Sequence record: SRR31156797_2365
Direction: 5' to 3' (one strand)
DNA length: 64,000 nucleotides
Positions 39,028-47,445 of this stretch are shown here, in pieces (within the stretch, counting starts at the first letter, position 1; each line of letters starts with the position of its first letter). Below the pieces are notes generated by a model, which ran no database searches, was not told the origin of the DNA, and saw only the letters and a list, made by a program, of their open reading frames with translations. The translations under genes and the position numbers were made by a program.

Positions 39028-40002
39028 ATGAGCCAAAAAACAAATGACAAAAACTCAAGGAGGAATTTCCTGAGAAAGGGGATTCTTGCGGGTTCGGCTG
39101 CCATTGCCGGCAGTGCATTTATCTCGTCCTGTTCAAACGAACCCGAAAGCGGTGAGAAAATCAGGGTACTCACCACCGATGGCAAAATAGTAGAGGTTGA
39201 CAAAGCACATATAAAATCCGAAAAACAAGTCAGGGAAGAAGCCCGACAGGGTGTACCCGGACGGAAATTCGTCATGGTGATCGACCTTGCAAAATGTGCA
39301 AATGCCCGCAAATGTACGGAGGCATGTCAGGAAGGTCATCATCTACCAAAAAGTATCGAATACATCAGGGTTTACCTTTTACAGGATTCCGAAAAAACTG
39401 CACCTTATTGGTTCCCACGCCCCTGTTTTCACTGCGACAACCCACTGTGCGTAAGTGTATGCCCGGTTGGCGCTACTTATAAACGCTCGGATGGCATCGT
39501 GCTGGTTGACCAGGAACGCTGCATTGGTTGCAAATTCTGTATGACCGGTTGCCCCTATTCAGCAAGATCTTTTGCCTGGGAACACCACGAAAAGTACGAA
39601 ACTCCTATGCAATATGACCCGGAAACTACAGCTCCCGGCAAAGAAGGAACCGTTTCGAAATGTGTGTTCTGTGCCGACAGGGTTGCCGTAAATAAGCTTC
39701 CCTATTGTGTTGAGGCATGCCCAATGGGTGTGATCTATTTTGGGGATGTGGATGAAGATACCGTAACAAACGGAGCAGAAACCGTGCTCTTTAGTCAACT
39801 GATTAAGGACCGTGGCGGATACCGATACCTTGAAAACCTGGGCACAAGACCCAGCGTATATTACCTTCCTCCGGTAAACCGTCAGTTCGACGTTGAACGC
39901 GGTTTCAAAGGCCTGGATGAAGATGTAAAGAAAAGATATGATGACACTGAGTATTACAAAAAAAATATTTCTGATCATGGAAACAGGGATGAAAAACTAT
40001 AA
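39028..40002 (+). CDS. Tat-exported 4Fe-4S dicluster protein (NrfC/DmsB/DsrO-like)
   Basis: SRRNFL twin-arginine signal with possible lipobox FISSC; CANARKCTEAC, CFHCDNPLCVSVCP, CIGCKFCMTGCP, KCVFC...CVEACP. Confidence 0.92.
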   Translation: MSQKTNDKNSRRNFLRKGILAGSAAIAGSAFISSCSNEPESGEKIRVLTTDGKIVEVDKAHIKSEKQVREEARQGVPGRKFVMVIDLAKCANARKCTEACQEGHHLPKSIEYIRVYLLQDSEKTAPYWFPRPCFHCDNPLCVSVCPVGATYKRSDGIVLVDQERCIGCKFCMTGCPYSARSFAWEHHEKYETPMQYDPETTAPGKEGTVSKCVFCADRVAVNKLPYCVEACPMGVIYFGDVDEDTVTNGAETVLFSQLIKDRGGYRYLENLGTRPSVYYLPPVNRQFDVERGFKGLDEDVKKRYDDTEYYKKNISDHGNRDEKL

Positions 40003-41290
40003 TACAACACTGGAAGAATTTAAACACCAGATAGAACGTCCGGGATTGAAAACCTGGGTGTGGATGAGTTTTCTTGCTCTGGTGATATTATTAGGGATTT
40101 ATGCCCTGATCCGGCAAATCACCGATGGCCATATCATCACCGGTATGCGTGATAATGTGGTTTGGGGCATTTACATCGTTAACTTCATCTTTTTTATGGG
40201 CGTGAGTTATGCCGGCGCTTTAATTTCGGGAGGACTTCACCTGTTCAAAACATCATGGCGCAAACCGGTGATCCGGATAGCGGAGTTTATCACCATTATT
40301 TCTCTGCTCATCGGACCATTGTATATCCTGCTTTGTATCGGCAGGCTCGACAAATTGCACTACCTGGTGCTCTTTGGCAGAATTCAATCGCCAATCACAT
40401 GGGACGTTATTGCGATTTCAACAGATATTATCGGCTGTTTGCTTTACCTGTACCTGTCAATTCTCAGGGACATTGCCCGCATTCGCGATTTCGAGAATCT
40501 TAAAATGGCCAAATGGCGTAAAAAGCTTTATAAAGTCCTTGCGCTTGGTTACAACGGACACCCCGAGCAACAAAAGCGGCTCAACCGTGCCAGCGATATC
40601 ATGGCTGCAATGGTTATGGCCATAGCTATTATCGTATACTCTGTTCTTGCATGGATCTTTAGTGTAACACTTCAACCCGGATGGCACAGCACCATTTTTG
40701 GACCCTATTTTGTAATCGCTGCGGTGTATTCAGGTACAGGCGTACTCATTGTCCTGATGTGGATTTACCGGAAGTTGTTTCACCTTGAAGAATACATTAC
40801 CCGAAAGCATTTTGTAAATGTGGGGGTGATCATGCTCGTGCTTGCAGCGTTTTTCGGGTATTTTACCTTTAGTGAATACCTCACCAAATGGTATGGATCG
40901 GAAAAGAACGATGAACAGTTGATCCAGATCCTTTTCAACCGGTACTACTGGTTATTTGTTTTTTCAAATTATGTGGGTGTATTGTTACCTCTGATTGTAG
41001 TGGGAATTCCGTATTTCCGTAAGATCAGCTTTATCACCATTACAGCTGTTGTTGTGGTGGTAGCTCTGTGGATAAACCGTTACCTCATTGTGGTTCCAAC
41101 ACTTGAATCACCATACCTGCCTGTACAGGATTCTCGCCCGGACTGGATACACTACTCCGGAACATGGGTTGAATGGGCACTTACCATTGGTGGGATAGCC
41201 TCTTTCTGTCTGCTTTTCACCATCTTTTCCAGGTTTATCCCCATACTGCAGCTTTCCTCACCCAAGAACCAGGCAAAAACAACACAATAA
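39989..41290 (+). CDS. NrfD/PsrC-family quinone-interacting membrane subunit
   Basis: About 10 TM helices; TGMRDNVVWGIYIVNFIFF.G, IGR, SPITWD, PGWHS, W..RY..VVP. Start is ATG 39977 or 39989. Confidence 0.92.
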   Translation: MKNYNTTLEEFKHQIERPGLKTWVWMSFLALVILLGIYALIRQITDGHIITGMRDNVVWGIYIVNFIFFMGVSYAGALISGGLHLFKTSWRKPVIRIAEFITIISLLIGPLYILLCIGRLDKLHYLVLFGRIQSPITWDVIAISTDIIGCLLYLYLSILRDIARIRDFENLKMAKWRKKLYKVLALGYNGHPEQQKRLNRASDIMAAMVMAIAIIVYSVLAWIFSVTLQPGWHSTIFGPYFVIAAVYSGTGVLIVLMWIYRKLFHLEEYITRKHFVNVGVIMLVLAAFFGYFTFSEYLTKWYGSEKNDEQLIQILFNRYYWLFVFSNYVGVLLPLIVVGIPYFRKISFITITAVVVVVALWINRYLIVVPTLESPYLPVQDSRPDWIHYSGTWVEWALTIGGIASFCLLFTIFSRFIPILQLSSPKNQAKTTQ

Positions 41291-41325
41291 CTAAGGAAAT
41301 GAAGAATCATAAAAATGATGAGCCT

Positions 41326-42213
41326 ATGAAAACGACAATATATTCCAAATCTGCCATCAATTTGTTTTTGATGATACTAGCTTTTGGCATTTTTCAAAAC
41401 CTTTACGCCCAGGCCCCGGTTTATGCTGAAATGACCACATGGAAATATGACGACCTGTCACGTGAACTCATTGTGCATGCAACATCCGAAAATGATGAGG
41501 GTGAAATCCCTGCTTCAGGCCTGAACTTTGAATTCTTTGTGATGTCAGACGGAGAACCCATGCAAATTGGACAGGCCAAAAGCGATGAAGCCGGCAAAGC
41601 CGTTTTAAAATTAGACCCCGGATTTGATTTTCCGAAGGATGATGAAAATTTTGTGACAGTGAATGCTGTTTTCGGAGGAAACGCAGAATTTGAGGCTGCT
41701 GAAACTGAACTGATGTTTAAAGACGTGATCATCGACCTTGAATTTGTTGAGGATGATGAAACCAAATACATTGCCTATTCAGGAAAGATTATCGATAAAG
41801 ACGGCGAACTAATACCCCTTGCCGACGATGAGGTGCTCTTTTATGTACCACGGATGTTTAGCATGTTAAAAATTGCAGATGGCTGGTTCGAGGAAAACGG
41901 AGAAGGGGTATCAGAATATCCTACCCAGATCATTGGTGACTCTGACGGGCGACTTGAAGTGCATGCCCGCATCCTGGAGCACTTCGACTTTGGCAATGTG
42001 GAAAGGATTGAAACGGTTGATTGGGCAAAGAAAAGAAGACTGATTGCCGCCGAACAACCCTCCAGGGAACTCTGGACACCCATCGCACCACTTTGGATGA
42101 TCATCACACTTATCATACTGCTTGCCGGAGTCTGGGGACACTACTTCTACGCGATGTATGAACTTTATATGATTAAAAAAATTAGTAAAAGAGAAAATAA
42201 GAAACAGGATTAG
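41326..42213 (+). CDS. Uncharacterised exported beta-rich protein with C-terminal TM anchor
   Basis: Signal peptide after ATG 41326 (alternative 41299), acidic beta-rich body, RELW...PLWM...VWGHY anchor. Last gene before the terminator. Confidence 0.75.
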   Translation: MKTTIYSKSAINLFLMILAFGIFQNLYAQAPVYAEMTTWKYDDLSRELIVHATSENDEGEIPASGLNFEFFVMSDGEPMQIGQAKSDEAGKAVLKLDPGFDFPKDDENFVTVNAVFGGNAEFEAAETELMFKDVIIDLEFVEDDETKYIAYSGKIIDKDGELIPLADDEVLFYVPRMFSMLKIADGWFEENGEGVSEYPTQIIGDSDGRLEVHARILEHFDFGNVERIETVDWAKKRRLIAAEQPSRELWTPIAPLWMIITLIILLAGVWGHYFYAMYELYMIKKISKRENKKQD

Positions 42214-42288
42214 ATTTTGATTTGATGTTGGGTAGCCAATGGGTTACCTGTATTTGTTTATTTTTTTGGGGATAGTTTTTTCATTTTT

Positions 42289-42317
42289 CAGGGCCTTTCG
42301 GGGCCCTGTTTTTTTTT
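42289..42317 (+). terminator. Strong intrinsic terminator closing the cytochrome operon
   Basis: CAGGGCCT-TTCG-GGGCCCTG followed by T9. Confidence 0.9.
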
Positions 42318-42357
42318 GGCAAACTTTCACTCACTTATCTTGTTGGGCTTTTAATGA

Positions 42358-42684
42358 AAAAACATTTCAGAATTTAAAGCCACGGGGCTAACTCCGGTTT
42401 TTGGTGATACCTGCAAAGCACCCTTTGTGCAAGAAAGCCATATCAGGATTGGGCTGGAATATGTGTATGAAGAAAAAATCCGGATCAACAACACCATACT
42501 GATCATAGGAAAAGTCCATGAGATCATGCTGCCAGAAGATGTTCTCACAGATGATTATTTCGTGAACGCCTCAAAGGCAAACACCGTTGCAGTTTCCGGA
42601 CTTGATGGCTACTTTTCGACCACCCCGATCAAACGCCTCTCCTACCCCAGGCCTGGTATAACACCACAGGAAATCCGCATTTAG
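42358..42684 (+). pseudogene. 5'-truncated flavin reductase (DIM6/NTAB-like) remnant
   Basis: Frame reads ISEFKATGLTP...APFVQES.IRIGL...N.TILIIGKV...SGLDGY, which is the C-terminal half of the family. In-frame TGA at 42355-42357 and no N-terminal half. Confidence 0.65.
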
Positions 42685-42686
42685 CT

Positions 42687-42848
42687 ATGCCCCACAAAAA
42701 AATGCACCTTCCGGAAAAAACATGCCCGGTTTGTGGTAGGCTTTTCTGTTGGCGTAAAATGTGGGAACGCAACTGGGATGCTGTGAAATATTGCAGCAAA
42801 CGATGCAGCAACAGCAGAAAAAAGACTAACGTGGAAAATACAGATTAA
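42687..42848 (+). CDS. DUF2256 family small zinc-finger-like protein (53 aa, absent from ORF track)
   Basis: Hand translation: [53 protein letters not shown]. Confidence 0.85.
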   Translation: MPHKKMHLPEKTCPVCGRLFCWRKMWERNWDAVKYCSKRCSNSRKKTNVENTD

Positions 42849-43321
42849 TCCTCAATCTTCACACTCACCGATTGCCACCCCTGCCAGCCTTCCCGGTCGG
42901 TTACTTTTACCATAAAATGATAATCGCCGGTATCCACATCTGCCGGAATTTCGATGGAAACCTCAGCCGTGTAAGTTGAACTGCCCGGAGGAATATCGTA
43001 GTTCTGATTGAAATAAAACGGATTTACCGGCTCCTTGTCAGGATGCACCGGGCGGGTTTCCTGGTGGCTACCATGGGTATGATGGTCAAAATTTTGATGC
43101 AGCTCCAGGTTGAAAGAACCCAGTTCAACGTTGTCAGAAAATGCTGCTTTAAAAGTAAAAGTTTCACCGCGGTAAATGGTATCGCAAGGTTTGGGGAAGG
43201 CATCTGCACCTTCCATGTTGATTTCCGGTTTCATGGTATCGGTTTGCTCATCATCAGAGCAGGAGCTTAAAAATATTGCTGAAAAGGCCATCAAAACGGC
43301 CAGTATTTTTATTGATTTCAT
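42845..43321 (-). CDS. DUF4625 family His-rich lipoprotein
   Basis: Lipobox LSSC followed by [12 protein letters not shown]...[20 protein letters not shown]. Confidence 0.85.
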   Translation of the reverse strand: MKSIKILAVLMAFSAIFLSSCSDDEQTDTMKPEINMEGADAFPKPCDTIYRGETFTFKAAFSDNVELGSFNLELHQNFDHHTHGSHQETRPVHPDKEPVNPFYFNQNYDIPPGSSTYTAEVSIEIPADVDTGDYHFMVKVTDREGWQGWQSVSVKIED

Positions 43322-43509
43322 TTTGAGTTTTGTTTAAATTTTGTGATTATTTACCAAATAATGCAATCATGAATAGCTTCATTGTCCCCATCCTGCCGAG
43401 CTATTCTCGAGCATGCTCGAGGCTTTGCCTCGGCACCAGCCCTTCCTCCCCTTCAGGGGAAGGGAGTAGCCCACGCACTGGCCACCTGGTAGCCTTGTGG
43501 GGTGGTGTT

Positions 43510-43684
43510 GGGGCTGTCTCAACAGTACAAAATTGAAGAAAATGCCACTCACATAGCGATGCCTTCGGCACAAGACACCAAATCACCAAGTTACACAAAC
43601 CGCTGTTATACTGTGATTTACAATTTTGTGAAATGTTCGTGCCTTCGTGGTTTTGTGGCGAAATCAACCTAATGAGACAGCCCC
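43510..43684. mobile_element. MITE-like 175-bp element with 12-bp perfect terminal inverted repeats
   Basis: GGGGCTGTCTCA (43510-43521) and TGAGACAGCCCC (43673-43684); internal imperfect inverted repeat; no transposase and no clear TSD. Confidence 0.55.
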
Positions 43685-43706
43685 TTAGAGGGGGTCAAAA
43701 AATGAT

Positions 43707-44525
43707 TTACTCGTTTACTTCAATATGATAATGCTGCGAAAATGAAATGTGCCCCTCTTCATCCATAGCTTTCACGAGGATGTAAGCATCTCCAAGATCC
43801 CATGATTCAATTGTATTGGCCTCAGGTTGATTATTATCCTGAGCAGATCCAACCACAATAGAAGCATCAAAATCTACATCTGCCATCTCAAACTCCACCC
43901 CATGAAAAAGCACAATGGAATTGGAAGAGTTTACATCCATATCTGCAAGGTTTTCCGATTCTTTGACAATTCCAATTAATATCCCGGCAATGTGATATGA
44001 TTCGGAATGGACCTCGCCGGATATTGAAATGGTTTGTCCGGCGGTAAAAACCTCATCATCTGCAGGGTGCGAATCCACATGTATTTCAGGGCCATCGCCT
44101 TCAACAGCTTCGAGCATTTCAACTTCTTCCTCAATGGTGGTTACATTACCGTTGATGTCGGCAACTTTCATGTGAAAATGATAGGGCCCCAGATCGGCAT
44201 CATCAGCTACTTTAATCTCATGGTGGTGAACCATATCGTTTTTGGGCTGCCCCTCGAAGTACCAGGTATTTTCGTATTCCCATTCAGCGTTTGTTGATTT
44301 CATTTCAGGATGGATTTCTACGGTGTAATAATCCAGTCCTTCGTTGTCAGAAACTTCAAACTCGATATGGAGTTCACCACCCTGATGTAATTCCTTCGTG
44401 TTTCCCAGGCCAATTTCCAGCCCAGAAACGATGGGTGCCGTGCTGTCGTCGTCATCTTTTGAACATGAAAACAGCATTATTGAAAATAATGCAATGGCTA
44501 TGATTGAAAATTTGTTGATATTCAT
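43707..44525 (-). CDS. DUF4625 family two-domain His-rich lipoprotein
   Basis: Lipobox LFSC followed by SKDDDD; LHIE, VEIH, VHHHEI, GPYHFH motifs. Confidence 0.8.
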   Translation of the reverse strand: MNINKFSIIAIALFSIMLFSCSKDDDDSTAPIVSGLEIGLGNTKELHQGGELHIEFEVSDNEGLDYYTVEIHPEMKSTNAEWEYENTWYFEGQPKNDMVHHHEIKVADDADLGPYHFHMKVADINGNVTTIEEEVEMLEAVEGDGPEIHVDSHPADDEVFTAGQTISISGEVHSESYHIAGILIGIVKESENLADMDVNSSNSIVLFHGVEFEMADVDFDASIVVGSAQDNNQPEANTIESWDLGDAYILVKAMDEEGHISFSQHYHIEVNE

Positions 44526-44557
44526 AATTCTAATTTTCTTAATGTTAAACTTTTAAG

Positions 44558-46936
44558 TCAGAATTTCCATCTGACGGTTAATTGTAAATTTCTCCCGGGT
44601 TCCGGGATATTGATTAATCGATAATAACTTGTGTGATTGTAATAGGTTTTGTTGAACAGATTATTGACCTGGAAATACAATTCAAGTTGTTCACCGGCAA
44701 ACTGCGCATGGGTTCCTGCCAGGAAATTAAACATGGCATATCCGTCGGTAGGTTCCTCCGGAGGCACAATCCTTTCCTGCCTTCCGGCCAACTTTGTTTC
44801 GATAGTAAAATAGGTACCTGTGAGCCTGGAAGGCCAAATTTCCGGCGACCAGGTGAGCCCCGTCATCACTGTTGGTGGTGGTGAAAATGCGAGCCCGAAT
44901 CCTTTCTTTTCTCCTGAAAGTTGCTCTGAGAATACATATTCGCCTCCTACACTCACCGAAAAGATTTCGCCAATCTGTTGTGATACCTCCACTTCACCAC
45001 CCCAACGGACCACTTCATTTTGAACGAATCTAAAAATCTGCAATCCCGTTTCATCAGAAAATTCGCTTGTTGGGTTCATGTAGATGTATTTGGGAAACCA
45101 GGAGTAAAATCCACTAACTGACAGGATGGTCTTTTCAAACCCAAAATCCATCGAAAGATCGGCCTGCCAGGCTGTTTCGGCAGTGAGGGTGCTGTCGCCC
45201 AGTTCCTGCCTGAACATGTGATAGTTTACACCATCAGCGCCCAACTCCCGGGCATCGGGCAACCGGAAACTTCTTCCAATATTAACCTTGCCTGTAAACC
45301 ATCCTGCCGAATAATTTATCCCGACAGAACCTGTTAGCGCCGTGAAATCTTTTGAAAGTGACGGGCTTCGTTGCACATATTCTTCACCAACAATATTCCC
45401 GTCACCATCAAAAACCGGCGACTGGTACCAGTCATAATAGGGCTCCAAATCAATTACTCCGTAATCAAACCGGATACCTGCATTTGCAGAAAGCTTTTCA
45501 GACAATTTATACCTGTCGAAAATAAAGGCACCTGCCGTAAAGCGCTGGAATGCCGGGATGATAAAACCCCAGCCGCCAATCCTGTTGTTCTGGTATTCGA
45601 GATTTACTCCGCTGGTCATGGCATGGCGTTCATCAAAAAAATGATTCATCACCACGTTGGCTGACAGCACATCCTTGATAAATTCTCGTTCCAAAGCACT
45701 TGGAGGCAAAGGCCTGTAGCCATGTTCGGTGGGTTCGGCAAATTCGCGGCGCACATTGTTTTGGTAACTCAGGTCAATATCCATTTTGTGATCATCAAAA
45801 AGCAATTTTGTATTGGAAATAACCTTCAGGTGATTCACTTCCTGGTATGGCAGATCAATATCGCGATTTCGGGCATCGTAATCTATATCACTGTTTCTTA
45901 TTTCAAATCCGTGGGCATCTGCATAAAAACCGGATTTTTTATAATAATTCCCCAGGCTGATTTTTGTACTGCCCCACTTCCCGGAGATACCGCCGGCCAA
46001 AAATGCATTAATCTCATTCCCAGCTGTGTTACGCAGATAATTGTCCCTGAGAGCAAAGTCGAAGGTATTGTAAGTAACCGTATCTATGGGAAGGCGGTAA
46101 TCACCATTTGTGATCCCGGTTAGCCTGAGGTGCAAAAACCTGTTTTGTTTGTAAAGCATGGTGCTGGCCGAAACGCCCAGGAGGTTGTTATTGGATTTTC
46201 CCGTAAGGGTAACATCACCTTTCACCCCTTCGCCGGGTGGCACAACATAAGGTTCAATCTTCACCACACCACCAATGGCGTCAGAGCCATACATCAGTGA
46301 TGCCGGCCCTTTGATCACTTCAATGTTTGCCACATTGTACTGATCGATCTCCAAGCCATGATCCACACCCCACTGCTGGGCTTCATGCTTTATTCCGCTT
46401 TCGGTCACAACCACCCTGTTGAAGGACAGTCCGCGAATGACCGGTTTGGATTGGCCCGAACCAATATCTATGCTGGAAATTCCCGGCAGACGGCTCAATG
46501 TTTTCATCATATCACTATCCAGATTGCCGGCAATAAACCGGTCATCCACTGCCTGAACCGAAAGGGTTTGTTCTCTTCTGTCACGCTCCCCAACATCTTC
46601 GGATATTTCCACCCCGTCCAGGTCGTATGAAACCGGCGTCAGTACAATGGTATAATTTTTCATATCCTTCTTGAATTGGATCGTATCAAAAAATACCTCA
46701 TATCCCAAAATATGGGCATGCACATCCACCACACCAGCTTCAAGCCCAAAAACCTGAAATCGGCCATTTCTGTCTGTGGTAACATGATATTCGTGCCGGT
46801 CAAAATGGATTAAAACTCCGGGTATACCGGCTCCATCTAAATCAGACACCCTGCCAGATAAATTATATGTTTCCTGGGCAAAAACTGCAAGCGCAAGCAA
46901 ATGCAGCAAGCCCATGATTACAAACCTTTTCGTAAT
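44558..46936 (-). CDS. TonB-dependent receptor (putative metal/metal-chelate uptake)
   Basis: CarboxypepD-like N-domain, plug SKPVIRGL...QQWG.DHGLEID, EVIKGPASLMYGSDAIGG, C-terminal NLFNK.Y..H...PGRN...WKF. First ATG is 46915; the signal n-region extends to about 46936. Confidence 0.92.
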   Translation of the reverse strand: MTKRFVIMGLLHLLALAVFAQETYNLSGRVSDLDGAGIPGVLIHFDRHEYHVTTDRNGRFQVFGLEAGVVDVHAHILGYEVFFDTIQFKKDMKNYTIVLTPVSYDLDGVEISEDVGERDRREQTLSVQAVDDRFIAGNLDSDMMKTLSRLPGISSIDIGSGQSKPVIRGLSFNRVVVTESGIKHEAQQWGVDHGLEIDQYNVANIEVIKGPASLMYGSDAIGGVVKIEPYVVPPGEGVKGDVTLTGKSNNNLLGVSASTMLYKQNRFLHLRLTGITNGDYRLPIDTVTYNTFDFALRDNYLRNTAGNEINAFLAGGISGKWGSTKISLGNYYKKSGFYADAHGFEIRNSDIDYDARNRDIDLPYQEVNHLKVISNTKLLFDDHKMDIDLSYQNNVRREFAEPTEHGYRPLPPSALEREFIKDVLSANVVMNHFFDERHAMTSGVNLEYQNNRIGGWGFIIPAFQRFTAGAFIFDRYKLSEKLSANAGIRFDYGVIDLEPYYDWYQSPVFDGDGNIVGEEYVQRSPSLSKDFTALTGSVGINYSAGWFTGKVNIGRSFRLPDARELGADGVNYHMFRQELGDSTLTAETAWQADLSMDFGFEKTILSVSGFYSWFPKYIYMNPTSEFSDETGLQIFRFVQNEVVRWGGEVEVSQQIGEIFSVSVGGEYVFSEQLSGEKKGFGLAFSPPPTVMTGLTWSPEIWPSRLTGTYFTIETKLAGRQERIVPPEEPTDGYAMFNFLAGTHAQFAGEQLELYFQVNNLFNKTYYNHTSYYRLINIPEPGRNLQLTVRWKF

Positions 46937-46970
46937 TATGAGATTTAAAAAAAATGAAACTGTGATTTAA

Positions 46971-47318
46971 TTATCCAATAAAATAACCGGTGGAAGGAGG
47001 CCCGCGAAGCAGATTGGTATTAATTGGTTGCTTGTTATGAAAAATCTCATTGGTCTCAACTTCTGTTTGTGGAAATGAAAAGAAAGAGAATTCAGGTGTA
47101 AAAACTTCAGGCTGATCAAAAACAGCAAACTGGAATGCACAGATCGGGCAGTGGTCATTTTCACTCTTCAACCCATCATCATTATCATGATGCATAGCTT
47201 CACAGTGCAGATGCCCTTGATGATCGGCTACAACATGATAGGATTTATACAGCTGCGGACCAAGAAAGATTGCAATTAGCAGCAATCCGAAAATATATTT
47301 GAAAAGTCCTTTCTTCAT
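46971..47318 (-). CDS. His-rich CxxC...RGPP leader protein (DUF2946/CruR-like uORF)
   Basis: 115 aa: N-terminal hydrophobic helix, His cluster, HCPIC, then LLRGPP seven codons before the stop. Lies directly upstream of the TBDT. Confidence 0.75.
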   Translation of the reverse strand: MKKGLFKYIFGLLLIAIFLGPQLYKSYHVVADHQGHLHCEAMHHDNDDGLKSENDHCPICAFQFAVFDQPEVFTPEFSFFSFPQTEVETNEIFHNKQPINTNLLRGPPSTGYFIG

Positions 47319-47445
47319 TTCGCTGCATAAGTAACACCGAAGAACAAAATAGGTTTTATTTAAAAAAGATTTTAAGAATTTTAAACCCTTGCCCAAATCA
47401 CTTGTCTTTGGAATTAGAACTTATTAAACATAAAACTAAGTAATA

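Noticed and set aside
39028-42213. Canonical alternative complex III or polysulfide/tetrathionate reductase
   Set aside because: No ActA pentaheme, no molybdopterin-like domain, no second NrfD-like (ActF) subunit and no catalytic subunit in the operon.
43330-43667. Short ORFs between the DUF4625 genes
   Set aside because: They are translations of palindromic repeat DNA.
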